A stretch of DNA of 64,000 nucleotides from Callorhinchus milii (taxonomy: Eukaryota). The stretch spans positions 77,068,001 through 77,132,000 of the forward strand of contig NW_024704742.1 in assembly GCF_018977255.1 (NCBI RefSeq), in the 5' to 3' direction. The notes beneath the pieces were generated by a model that was not told the origin of the DNA, did not search any database, and saw only the letters and a program-made list of their open reading frames with translations. Shown in pieces: positions 24,293-36,639 of the stretch (position 1 is its first letter; each line of letters begins with the position of its first letter). The translations under genes and the position numbers were made by a program.

Positions 24293-25080
24293 TACAACAA
24301 CAACAGCAACAACAAGATTACATTTGTATAGAGCCTTTCACGTCGGGAGGATGTGGGGAAAAAAAGACAGTTGAGGGTTGAACAAGACACCCAGGTTCCT
24401 GACTGGTTTGGTGAGTTGCAGTGTGCAACCATGGAGGGTGATGTTGCCAGAGGCTGAGGTGCTGAGGCGCTGGTGTGAGCCAATCAGGAGGGCCTCAGTC
24501 TTGTTCACATTCAACTGTAGGAAATTTGCCCTCATCCAGGACTTGATGTCCGACAGATAGTCTGTCAGGACAGCAGTGGTCCTGGAGTTGAGGGTGAGGC
24601 AGAAAGATAGAGTTGGGTGTCATTCGCATACATGTGGAAGTTGACCCCATGTCTGCGGATGATGTCACCAAGGGGGAGCATGTAGGTATTAAAGAGGAGA
24701 GGGCCAAGGACAGAGCCCTGGGGGACGCCAGATGTGACAGTGCGGGGGCTGGAGGAGAAACCGTTAGAGGCAACAAAGTGGAGACGGTGAGAGAGGTAGC
24801 AATCGAACCAGGCAAGGGCAGGTCCGTGAAGATTAAGTAAGGAGGAGAGGCAGTGTATGAGGATGGAGTGGTCGACAGTGTCGAAGGCGGCACAGAGGTC
24901 GAGGAGGACAAGGAGGCAGAGGGAGCCCTGATCACAGATGTTCAGAATGTCATTAGTGACTTTGACCAGGGATGTTTCCGTGCTGTAGACAGCACAGAAG
25001 CCGGATTGGAGGGGTTCAAAGAGGGAATGGCGAGAGAGAAAGGAGCAGAGTTGGGACGCGATGACTTGTTTCAGGACTTA
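24293..25080 (-). mobile_element. L2 LINE fragment, internally deleted
   Basis: (CAA)n tail at 24293, then RT motifs NFLQLNVNKTEALLIG and VRNLGVLF. The YADD-coding sequence has decayed to tatgcgaatgac. Confidence 0.9.
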
Positions 25081-26189
25081 CAACCTCCATCTATCCTCTT
25101 ATCTAGGTCCACTCTATTCTTATCTTTAATTCCAGCCTCAAAACATATTATCTCATTGAACATGCCAACGGCCCCCTCCCTCTCTTCCTCTCCCTTCAAC
25201 CCATCCTTGTAAAATGCTTTGACGTGTTACTCTAAATGAAGGATGCTATGTGTATGTATATAGGTACAAGTTGTTTCACTCTGACTTCTGCTTCATTGAT
25301 CTAGGAGCTGGCTGGTTGTAGAAATGGATATGTAAACAGTATGTACATGCATTGTTGTCTAACACAATGATAAGCAATATCAGTGACATCCAACAGATTT
25401 CTTTAATGTATTAAACATTAAATAATATTTATTGTATAGTATTGTGCTCAAATCACTGACAGCAACATGGCTGTGTATTTTCAGAGCAGTTTTTGCTGGT
25501 CAGTGTGATGTACCTTGGTTGCTGTAAATCCCTTGGGACGTCCTCCCAACGTGAAAGGTGCTATACAAATGTAATCTTGTTGTTGTTGTTGTAAAGCGTC
25601 CTCATTTTGTTTCTTTGATTAAGGAATTCTTTGTAAGGAATCCTGTTAGAAATCACCGCATATTAGACCTCAATGTCACAAATATCACCTTTGTGCAGAA
25701 ACAAAAGGCGTCATTGCTGGCTGCCCACTCACCCGTGCCACGTTACAGCAGGCGCGATGCTGGAAAGAGGTGTCAGAACTAAAACTGTCTCAGTCCATTC
25801 TCCCCACCGCACCCCCCGCCCTAACTCCCACCCCCATACTTCAAAGACTACAATACAACCATCTTGGTGCTAGATGGCAGGAAGCGCCATCGTTGACAGA
25901 CCCATACTGTAAACTCAGCGACATAGGACAGTCCACAAACAAGAGTCATGTGATAATCATGGGGAATTTCTCAGTCAGGAAATGGCACATATCATGTGGA
26001 AGCTAAAGGGAAAGAGAATAACCATATTCCCAGGAGGTGCAATATTGAAGAGAAAGAAAAAGGTGAAGAGTAAGATCAGAGCAGCTCTTCCTGTAAAGTA
26101 ACCAATAACTATGGTATTCTATGCCATGGTACTCAAGAGAGCTGTGTGGATTTCCTCATTAACCAGCACTATGTACACAATCTATGCAA

Positions 26190-26524
26190 TTGTAGCTCAG
26201 TGCTAGAGCACTCGCCTCGCAAGCGAGAGACAAAACATTGGGCAAGTTTCCTTACTCCATACACCTCTGTTTATCTAGCTGTAAGTAGGAATCCGGTTGT
26301 TTGTCAATTGGTAGATCACTTTTCTGGAAGTAATAAATCCTTCAAAAAAATGTGGTCACTCAATCCACAACTGTTTGCGAGACACTGCTGTGCGCAATTG
26401 GCTGCCGCATTTTGCCCACAAAATATATAGTCAATTCACTTGATAGTATATTCTGTTAAACAATTTGAGACGTCATGAAAACGTGAAAAAATTCTTTAAC
26501 AAATGCAAGTATTATTATTATAAT
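26190..26524 (+). mobile_element. tRNA-derived SINE (long form) just upstream of the CER1 promoter
   Basis: tgtagctcagtgctagagcactcgcctcgcaagcgag head, body and (ATT)n tail. Confidence 0.85.
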
Positions 26525-26559
26525 TGTGTTTCCTTTTATTAGAAAGATGTTTAAATTGG

Positions 26560-26909
26560 CTTCATAAATTGGACCAAGCCAGTCCACTTTTAGATGTGGA
26601 TTGGACCAATACGCATTCATTGTCCCTCCTTGCTCCCAGACTGTTCAGTGAATTTATCTGAGCCAAGCATCTCAGGTCACGCCCCACAGGAATAAAATCA
26701 AAGAGAACATCCAATAAACATGACTGTGAGTGTGAATTAACACCAGCATGCCATCCCAGGGAAGGCCTCCAGAAATTCAATTCAATTGCACTACAAAGGG
26801 ATTCCCCTGGCCGATCATTGTTTCTCAACCCTTTAAACTGACCTCATAGTTGGCTCAGGAATCTTTCCTTCAGCCAAGAGGGGATAGTGCACACACTGCT
26901 GAGAGTAAG
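26560..26909 (+). promoter_or_regulatory. CER1: Putative CER1 proximal promoter and 5' UTR
   Basis: Repeat-free region directly 5' of the ATG. TGTGGATT (FoxH1 consensus) at 26595, CATTGT at 26618 and 26816, CAGAC at 26637, TATA-like TTTAAA at 26832. Confidence 0.6.
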
Positions 26910-27431
26910 ATGCATCTGTTGCCTATTAAATTGCTGGTGATCGTCACGTTGATCACATCTGTGCAAGGAAAGAACCTGCCAAAGAAAACCAGGAGAAGAC
27001 CTCTTTTCCTGGTGTCTGGCAGCCAGCAGAGGAAAGAGAATGGGAGTGAGCTGGGGATAGTTGAACTCAGCCTGATCTCACACCTTGAAGAGTTGCCTGA
27101 AGCCTCCACTGTGTTAGAAGGTGTAACTCGGGGCCAGACAAACAAACAAATGACTCAGAAAACTGAGCAAAGCCAAGTGCTGCCAATGAGTTCTCCTGCA
27201 AAGGAGAGTGCCAGAGGAAGTCTGGGTGACATAAAGAGAAAGGAAAGTCCAACAGCCTCAGACGATGCTTTTGGGGTGCAGTCCAGAAGCACTCCTCCAG
27301 ATCCGAAATTCGCCAAGAAGTTTTGGAATCACTTCCTGGTCAGAAGAGGATCAGCTCTCCAGGACCTGATATTACCCATGAAAGCTGACGAAATGCAACA
27401 AGAGACATGTGGTACTGTGCCTTTCTCACAG
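26910..27431 (+). CDS. CER1: Cerberus 1 (DAN family BMP/Nodal/Wnt antagonist), exon 1
   Basis: Signal peptide MHLLPIKLLVIVTLITSVQG. Conserved AKKFWNHF...ILPMK..E..QETCGTVPFSQ. CAG|gtagg donor. 174 codons. Confidence 0.96.
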
Positions 27432-27609
27432 GTAGGAGCTGAATGCCAGAGTTGGGAGTGGGAGGGAGGGGGTAAAATATCACTCACAATTTTATTTTGC
27501 ATCTTCCTTTAATCTTAACACTGACGTTTTATCATGTTAGATCTCCGTAAAGATTAATATCTATTGAGTGGAAAAGAAAGATCATATCAAGATTAGACAG
27601 TATCATGAA

Positions 27610-27979
27610 GAGTCCTGTTGCTCAGTGATATTACCCATATCAAAGCACTTGGCTTTGCTAAGAGCACTCACCTCGCAAGTGAGAGATCTGGGTTCGATTT
27701 AAGTTTCCTTAAATGCCTCTATTTACCTAGCAGTAAGTAGGAACCCAGTTGTTAGTCGATTGGTGGATTGCTTTTCTGGGGATAATAATTCCTTCAAAAT
27801 AATAATAATAAATTGGTCACTTCAATCCACAACGGTTTGTGGGACACTGCTTTGCACAATTGGCTGCTGTGTTTCGCCCATAAAAATATAGTCAATTCAC
27901 TTTACAGTATATTCTGTGAAGCACTTTGAGACGTCCCAAAAACATAAGGCGCTATATCAAATGCAAGGATTATTATTAT
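27610..27979 (+). mobile_element. tRNA-derived SINE (long form) in the CER1 intron
   Basis: Same family as 12411. The head is interrupted by a short extra segment at about 27630-27658. Confidence 0.85.
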
Positions 27980-28269
27980 GTGAAGGGCACTATATAAATG
28001 CAAGATGTTGTTGCAATATAAGAATTAGCCAGGCAAAAGAAGAGCAAGGTCCATCCTAGCCTTCGCTTGACATGTCGTGTCCCAAACTACATGCTGTATC
28101 CCGAAATATTATTTTCTAGCAGAAATCTTATCAAATATGTTCTTGAAACAAACAACACTTTCTGCTTCCACCGTTTCCCTAGGGAGCCTGTTCCATAAGT
28201 TATTACTCGCTCACTGAAGCAGTGAGTTGTTGTTGAGATGGTGGGAGAATCTCACCCATGATAGTGAGA

Positions 28270-28630
28270 GGTCACTCACACACTCTAATTGATACTCTCT
28301 CTTGCTCTCTCACACACTCACAACACACTTGTTCACACACATACACGCTTGACACATTTCTCACACACACACTCTTACTCTTATCTTGAACTCATGGACA
28401 CAATATGCTTGCTCTCTCACAACCCACTCACTCTTCACACACAGTCTCTCAAACTTTCACACACACATCCAGTCTCACACCCTCTTGCTCACACACACAC
28501 TTGCTCACACTCACAAACACACATTGTCTCTTTTCTGCTTTCTCACACACTCTCACTGTCTCATTTTCACACAGTCTATCTCACACACTCTCACAACAAA
28601 ATCTCTCACTCTTCCACACACACACACACT
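28270..28630. repeat. Degenerate CA/CT-rich low-complexity tract in the CER1 intron
   Basis: Repeated ctctcacacacact-like units. Confidence 0.9.
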
Positions 28631-28731
28631 TTCCAGCTGAAAGTGCTCAGGAGTCGGATTGCCATCTGATTATCAACTATTGAGACCTCACAATGGATGT
28701 CCATGTTTTCTTCCCTCTTTCCCCCACCCAG

Positions 28732-29013
28732 AGTATAACACACAAAGACTGTGAGCAAGTGGTGTTGCAGAACAACCTTTGTTTTGGAAAATGCAGCTCT
28801 TTCCACGTCCCTGGCGCAGAGGACAGATTCTACACCTTCTGCTCCCACTGTTTGCCCACCCAGTTTCACCTGATAAATATACAGCTGAAATGCAAAGGAG
28901 GCGGTGTGGTGGGGAAAGTGTTGATGATGGTGGAGAAATGCAAGTGTGAGGTGCAGCAAGACAAACACCTCCCACTGGGTCTGGTTGAGACAGACTTGAA
29001 CAAACAGATATGA
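28732..29013 (+). CDS. CER1: Cerberus 1, exon 2 (cystine-knot DAN domain)
   Basis: ccacccag|. Encodes SITHKDCEQVVLQNNLCFGKCSSFHVPG...FCSHCLP...C...VMMVEKCKCE-type knot, ending in TGA. The joined protein is 267 aa with 9 knot-region Cys. Confidence 0.97.
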   Translation, partial: SITHKDCEQVVLQNNLCFGKCSSFHVPGAEDRFYTFCSHCLPTQFHLINIQLKCKGGGVVGKVLMMVEKCKCEVQQDKHLPLGLVETDLNKQI

Positions 29014-29281
29014 GGAAGGATTACAGCAGAAGACTCACATTTTCTTTTGAGCACTGAACATTTGTTCAGTGACATCTCTCCATCTTGTAACATATGCAAG
29101 TCACTAGAAAGTGATCGGAAACAGGAGCTCTTGCTTTATTTTCCCTTCCTTGGACAAAATTGTAAATAATAATAATGATCCTCGGATTTGATATAATGCC
29201 TTCCACTTCAGGAGGGCATCTCAAAGCGTTTCACAGGTTTCACTGTAAAGTGTAGTGACCATGTATTTTGTAGGCACATTG

Positions 29282-29560
29282 TACAGGGTGTTCACAAAGT
29301 TACCCCTATGCTTTTTTCTACAGTGCATTGACCAATAACTGAAACATGCAGAAGAAAGATGATAATTGTAGTTAGAAGTACTTAATTGTATTCATTAGAA
29401 GTGTTTCACTGTATTTAGACATCCGGAGGATTGATGTGAGCACCAGCATTTTCATGGCAGCTAATGATCTGTCGCCATGTTCAGTGTGACATCTTCCGTA
29501 ACATGGATGGAGTGACGAGGAAGTTACTGGTATCAAACATTGTTACACTCATCTACAACA
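29282..29560 (-). mobile_element. Possible Tc1/mariner-like terminal fragment
   Basis: TA followed by CAGGGTGTTCACAAAGT, resembling a Tc1/mariner TIR start. The minus strand encodes CHENAGAHI, weakly like a transposase C-terminus. No second TIR found. Confidence 0.4.
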
Positions 29561-30595
29561 GAAAATAAAAATGAATTGGAAGAAAAAATAATTGTAGTGT
29601 ACCTCATGGTATCCCAACGGAGATCTGCTAATTGAGCACAGACCTTGTAAATGATGAGTGTCAAGACCTAACTACTTGTTGAATAAATTCACTACCCAGA
29701 GTTGATTGAGTCATACAACTTAGGAAGCTCCCAGGTTCAATCCCTGTCTGAGTTAGCTGATCACAGCACTGGGCAACAATATGGTGTGATATGGGTTACA
29801 ATCAACTTCAACGTTCTCGATTAGATGGAGGAAAATTCTGTCTGGGTTCCTGTTTATGATCACTGTCCTGTGACTCCTTGCTGGAAAACAGTAATTAAAG
29901 GAAAGAGTAATTAGCCTTTGCATTTGTACTTTTGCTGTGAAAATCCCAGCTGCCAGTTTCAAAATTGTTTATTCCTTGATTGTGCGTGTAACTGATCTGG
30001 AATTGGTAAATCTGCCTCATTAAACCATGCTGAATGCTGTGCTTTGATATTAATAATAAATAAATAATAATAACAATAATTCTTACATTTGGTACAGTTT
30101 TCTTCATGGCAGAAGGACTTCCCAAACACTTCAGACAATATACTGTAAAGTGGATTGACTGCGAATTTTGTGGGTAAACACAGCAGCCAGTATGTGCATA
30201 GCAATGTCCCATTAACAGTCATTGTGAGTGATAATTTTATTTGGAGGATTTGTTGGCCTGGATACCAGGAGCAACTTCCTTCTCTTTTCAAATAGTGCCC
30301 TGGGATCTATTAACATCTATTTGCTTCCCACCACCATTTCACAGTGGCACGAATGTTGGTGGGAGGCAAGTGCTAACATAAATACTTATTAGATAGTAAA
30401 AGAAAAAATAACCCCTAAATAGGGGGATGTGGAGGAAGGAAATTTCAAACGTTAACTTACCTTTCATTAACTTCTCTGAAGACCTTCCTGCCACAAAGCT
30501 TCCTGCTCGCATGGGCGTTCTATCCAAGCCTTGCATCACATACTGTAGCCCCATCCTGCACCCAAGCTCTCACCCCATACTCCCTCCTGGGCACA

Positions 30596-30627
<32 letters not shown>

Positions 30628-32444
30628 TACATGCAACCCGCACTGTTAAAAAATGGCCCATTGAATCTTTTTGCCAGCAGCACAAAAAAACAGTCAGATG
30701 GCAACCCCAGTCTCATGTGTGAAGAAGGATATTTGAGGGCTGCCACCATTCTGGAAGCACGCATATGGATGAGTCGTTCCTTTCAAGAGAGGAGGAATTA
30801 CACGAGAACAAAAACTGCAAGGAGTTAAAAAAAACATTCCATTTGCCACAAAATCTTTCCAAGTGAAATATTGGGTCTTGAATGAAAATTGGCAGTCACT
30901 TAGTAAAGCTTTTGTCTCAAACAGACTTACCGAGCAGAATCTAATGCACATATGAGGTTATTATTAGTCGGGTATAAGATTTCATGATATGTTGGGTTTT
31001 CAAATAAGAAGATTTTAAAATAATAATCCCTACATTTGATTTGGGATTTTTCATGGTTGAAGGGCATTCCGAAGGGCTTCAAAAGATTTACTGTAAAATG
31101 TAGTGACTGTGTTTTATGGGTAATGCTGGAGGGATTATGTATGGCACGTATAGAATATGTGTAATGGAAGCACCCTGACATTGCGCCACATTACTTCTCT
31201 TTGACATGGTGGTCTGTACACTACAGATAGTATCCTAAGATGGAGGCATCAACACTCCCATGCCCACCAGTTTTAACTCCACACTTTTTTTTTGGTGGGT
31301 GGTGGGGGGTGAGTTATGGCTCAGTGCTGTTCTGGTAAATATGTTTAAGAGAAGCATTACTGTCAGAGGTATTATGGATGTGCAAGACCTTAGAATTTGA
31401 TCTTTACCATCGCTGCTGCCAAATTAATGGCAGTACTCAGAAGAATAATCCTTTAGTTTGATATCCCATATCATGACATATCATGATAGCCTTATCATGA
31501 CATGAGGACATCTCAAATTAATCTCAAGTTGAATATCAAGCAACTTTGCTCAATCCTTTTTTTTATATTATGCTCTTTTTATTTCAAAGGCAATAAAGAT
31601 GATCAAAAAAATAAACAAGTGGCATAATTAATGTCATTTCATGACTTACACAATGCCGCTACACTTCTCAACATAAGGTTAATTGGAACAGCATCCTCTG
31701 CTCCAGCGCAATAATTTCTCAATCTGTAGAGGCCGCAACTCCTGTTCCAACACAGTGTAGGGTTCAGATAGGATACATGGGAAAATGTGGATATTCTTCA
31801 TTATGGGTTATCAACAGAGGTGAATTTGATTTTACAGACAAGCTCATAATAATAATCCTTGCATTTGAAGTGCTTTTCACATCTTCAAACCATCTCAAAG
31901 CACTTCACAGAATATACTGTAAAGTGAATTGACTGTGTATTTGTGGGTGAAATAATACAGAAGTGATATAAAGATACTGATTGACTTTCTGCATTCAATC
32001 CCTCTCCACATCGAACAGATTTACACCTTGATTTGAGAAGCACAGGCTATTAGGTAGGGGGAGGAGACAGAGCTATTAAAGTAAAATATGTTAAACTGCA
32101 TGAAAGCTTGTGAGGATGGAAACCCAAGACAGGAGTGGAAATGCAGCTAAGGCAAAATTAAATAACAAAGGTCAAAGGAAAAATTGCAGTGCCTTCATAC
32201 TGGAAATTTTACGTGAAGGTGTGTCTCCTCTCAAGGCCCTGTCCAACTTTCTTTTTTCTTTTTATTCTTCCCTAAAGATGGTGACTTGCTGGGGTCTGGT
32301 TTCACTGACTCAGCCGAGTGACTCTTCCTTGTGGAAAGGCCTTGGAAGTTATTTGTTGACAGGCAAGATAAAAATCATTACAGATATGATCATTGCAGCA
32401 CCAACATGCTCTGAGGCAGTCTTGGGAGCGAGAGTAGGCAATAA

Positions 32445-32780
32445 TAATAATCTTTGCATTTGGTATATCATCTTTCACATCGGGAGGATATCCCAAAGCA
32501 TTTCACAGGATTTTACTGTGAAGTGGAGTGACTGTATTTGTGGGTGAATTCAACAGCCCTATTGTACATAGCAATGCCCCACAAACAACTATGAAACAAA
32601 TGACTAATTTTATTTGGGAAATTTTGGACCAGGACATCAGGAGAAACTCTCATTTCTTTTTGAGCAGTGCCATGAGATCTTAAACATCCACCTGAACAGG
32701 CAGACAGGACATCAGTTTAACGTCTCATCCGAAGGACGGCACCACTGACAATGCAACACATCCCCAGAACTGCATTGGAG
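32445..32780 (-). mobile_element. Deu-domain SINE, 5'-truncated
   Basis: catccacctgaacaggcagac...gtttaacgtctcatccgaaggacggcacc is the reverse complement of the Deu core. The tail is at the left end. Confidence 0.8.
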
Positions 32781-34564
32781 TGGATAGAATGGAAAACCAG
32801 TCCTGCTTCCTGCTCCTGATTGCTATTTAGCAAGTCCTACAGGAGATGTGTATCTGTGCTTGTGAGGTGGAAGATTGGGGTTTGTTGCATTGCCTTTTGC
32901 ATTTAAATAGCTAGATGACGCTGATGTTTATGCATGAGTAATTGCCATTGTTTGAGATACCTGACCAGTGGCTGTCAAATAGTAATCCCAATGAAACGAG
33001 AAAAGAAATCAAAGGCTTTCAGGAAAGAAAACAATGGGAGACAATTGGTGGAGAGGAAATCCTTCCCAAAGAGTTATTTGGTTTTGCTAGAACTAAAATC
33101 TAACTCAGTTGGAATGGGCAGGGGCTGAGACGTTTGGGGAGAGAAGAGACATTATGTTATTTGATCTCTCTCTAGCATGCTCTTATATATTAACCTGCAG
33201 TTGCTTGAGAACATTTTGTAACAGAACATCCCGAGCATAGACTTCAGTTTTACTGACAATTTGACTGTGTGAACAACAAAGCTTTTGAGCCCAACTTGTT
33301 GGGCGTTTGTGCAGACCTGCAAACAAAATGCATCCAAATACTTTATCAGCCAGGTGCCCTCTGTTCCACTGTGGGCAGCTGCACCTTCAGCCACTACTCC
33401 TAAAACTCTGGAACACTCTTTCTCTATCCCTCTGATTTGCCTCCTCTTTCCCCATCTGAAGGTTGTGCCTGAAGACCTTCCTCTTCGACCGTGCCTAAGG
33501 TCACCTCCCCCCGGCTCAGCATCGTGATCCGCCACTGTCAAGCACTCTGGGATGCTTCCCTGCATGAGGGGCATTATATAAATGCGAGTTGTTGTAACTC
33601 TGCTTTCAAACAGCCCAGATTGTTAGCTGCAAAGTTCATAGTGTTTCAAAAAGATCAACTATTGTTGATCCGGCACATCAAACCACATCCATATGCCAAT
33701 AGATGTTATTTCCAACAACACCATTTCGAGTACCCAAAATAAAATGGATTGATCTAATTTTAATTTGCTGCCAGCAAGAGAACAAAACACACATTTGGGG
33801 ATAGTTTAGAGGGGATACAAGTCATTTCAGAAACTGAACCATTAACTCAATGCGAGGTATTTATTTGATGTATTGTTGATTATGTACAAAATGTCTCAAA
33901 GCTATTTATCATTTTTTCCTTATCCTGCTGTTTGAATTTATTTTTCATCCATAGTTCAGCAGCTGGAATACTGCTTCCCAACTAATTCCCATTGGAGAGA
34001 GTGTAACAAGCTTTAACACAAATTCAATTTAAGTATTCCATTCCTAGAAATCACTTTCGTAATGATACGTTTAAACACAGGCAGTGTGGATCTAGGTATT
34101 CTCAGAAGCAGTTGGAATGCACTCCAGAGGTTTGGGTAATATAAACCACGATAATTCTTGAGCAGCTCATTATTGCCATTTAAATCAAGAGAAAATTATA
34201 CTTTTAGTGAGCTTTTTTTCCATTGGAACTTTTCAATTGACCTTCTGTCTTCAAAAACTGCTGCCAATGCAATGTATCACTTGTCACAGAGCTATACATT
34301 GCAGTTTTGCTTCATGTGTTGGGGGTTGTAAAACAACTGAATGATCCAAGCTTGTTTGGATTTTGTTTTGGGGGAAATTGACATTTAATTCTTTCCTATT
34401 CTTAAGCGTTCAAGATTGTCAGGCAAAATGGGGGTACCAAGTCGTGGGGGGAGGAGGGATCCGAGTCATGGGAGTAGGGGCGCAGATTTGTGTGGGTGTC
34501 GATTCATGGCGGCTCTAATTCGGCATAAAACATCCACATAATTAAAAACTGTCAGAGTTTAAAT

Positions 34565-35449
34565 GGAACTTCTGAATCAGGCTGCACAGAGTGGTAAGCA
34601 CTTGGAGCCAATTGGACATCAAGGCCTGGACGAGTGCAAATTTCCTGTAGCTGAATGTCGGCAATACGGAAGCCATACTCTTTGGCTCCCGTCAACGTCT
34701 TCTTTCCTGCGAGTCTGAACTCCTCAACCCCCTGGGCTCTCCCTCAGATGCAACTTAGGTGTCAGGTTCGATCCCCAGCTTTCCATTCTACCACACATCC
34801 GTTCTCTGACTAGGACTGCTTTTTTCCACTTCTGTCACATTGCCTGTCACCATCCATACCTCACAACCAACACAGCCGAAACACTCATCCATGCCTTCGT
34901 CACTTCCCAGCTGGACTATTCCAATGTCCTCCTTGCTAGTCTCCCCAAATCCACCATACACAAAATACAACTAAACCAAAACTCTGCTGTCCAAATACTC
35001 ACCTGCACAAAACTCCATTCCCCCATCACGCCCGTTCTTGCCAGGCTCAACTGGCTGCCAATTCCCGAATGGATCCTCTCAGTTGTTTTCAAATCACTTC
35101 ATGCCCTTGCATCTCCCTACCTATCTGATCTGTTTACTCCACCACCCACTGCCACCGCTTGACTGGCTCCGGCCCTCCTGTTTGATGCTCATCCCCTTCA
35201 ATCCACCATCGGTGGCCGTGCCTTCAGCCACTACTCCCCCGAAACTCAGGAACTCTCTCCCTCAATCCCTCCGCCTTGCCCCTTTCCTCCCCACCTTTAA
35301 ATCCCACCTAAACAGCTTCCTTTTTAATAGTGCTTACTGTCACCTCTCGCCTCCCTCTCCCCCTGGCTCAGGGTCAGACTCCACCACGGTCAAGTGCTCA
35401 GGGATGCTGCCCCATGTGACGGGTACTATATAAATCCAAGTTGTTGTTG
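34565..35449 (+). mobile_element. L2 LINE 3' half (second subfamily)
   Basis: Coding remnants FL*LNVGNTEAILFGS, LIHAFVTSQLDYSN and LNWLP. (TTG)n tail at about 35440. Confidence 0.88.
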
Positions 35450-36094
35450 ACTGTGCCCACTCCACTTTCTCCCTGGCTCGACATCAAACTACTCCATTGT
35501 TTATCTCTCTGAGACGCTACCCTGTGTGAAAGGTGCTATATAAACACAAATCGTTGTTATTGAAAACAGGGGAGTCATTCTCTGCTCCAAAGTAAATTTA
35601 CTGACCTTGGAGGAATGATACAGGTAATGCATCGATCTGTGCATAATAATATGTGATTGCTGCCAAGCTTAGTAAATTTACTGATAAAATCACTCTGATC
35701 ATCATTCAGTGATGCTGGTGAGTCCCAGTCTGAAACCATCTGACCCCAAATATTTAGTCTATCACATCAGCAAAACATCTCAAAATGCTTCAAAGATTTT
35801 ATCGCAAAGTGTAGTGACTGTGTGTTTTGTAGGCGATTTAATGTAGCGGATGGTTGGCGAGGACACTGGAAGAAACTTCCTTCTCTTCAAATTGTGCCAT
35901 GGGATCTTGAACATCCACCAGGACAGACAGGCTGAATGTCTGAAGGACAACACCCCCAGCACTGCATTGGAATTCATCACATCTTCCGAAAACGTTCTCG
36001 GACCGTATTTCATTGTCAACAGAGATGCAGGAATTAAAAATAACATATAACCAAATAGAAATGCTCATCCACTTCACAGCTGATTGTGGGACAT

Positions 36095-36390
36095 GGAGTC
36101 CTGTAGCTCAGTGGTTAGAGCACTCGCTTTGCAAGCGAGAGACCTGAGTTCAATTCCAGGCACAGGGCGAAACCTTGGGCAAGTTTCCTTACTCCACACA
36201 GAGCCTAATAATAATCCCTCCAAAACCAAAAACAATAATAAATTGGTCATTTTCAATCCACGACTGTTTGTGGGACATTGTTGTGCGCAATTGGCTGCCG
36301 CGTTCGCCCACAAATATATGGGACGTCCTCCCGACGTGAACAGCGCTATATCAAATGCAAGGATTATTATTATTATTATTATAATTATTA
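36095..36390 (+). mobile_element. tRNA-derived SINE (short form)
   Basis: ggagtcctgtagctcagtggttagagcactcgctttgcaagcgag head, L2-like tail and long (ATT)n. Confidence 0.9.
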
Positions 36391-36639
36391 CGGCTGAGTG
36401 CAAATTGGCTGCCGTTCTCCATTGACCAAATAAGTCGGGTTGGGAAACTGTGGTGGATCTGTGGGAGACGTCCTCCCGACGTGAAAAGCGTTACAACGAC
36501 TCTTGAGAAAGGGACATGAGCAAACAAATTATGCACCAACAAGTTGGGGGGGGAATTGGCTCTGGTCCCTTGAGTTGTGCAACCCAAGGGAAGGCTGCAG
36601 TTTGAGGAAGCCAAGATCATTTTAAAACAGTTTTGAGCC

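Noticed and set aside
26850..26909. N-terminal extension of CER1 suggested by the ORF track
   Set aside because: The ORF starts at a TTG. The ATG at 26910 gives a typical signal peptide and a 267-aa product.
36095..36170. tRNA-Ala-like sequence (also at 12411, 41161 and 56300-56369)
   Set aside because: It continues directly into a SINE body and L2-type tail and has no proper acceptor stem. These are SINE heads, not tRNA genes.
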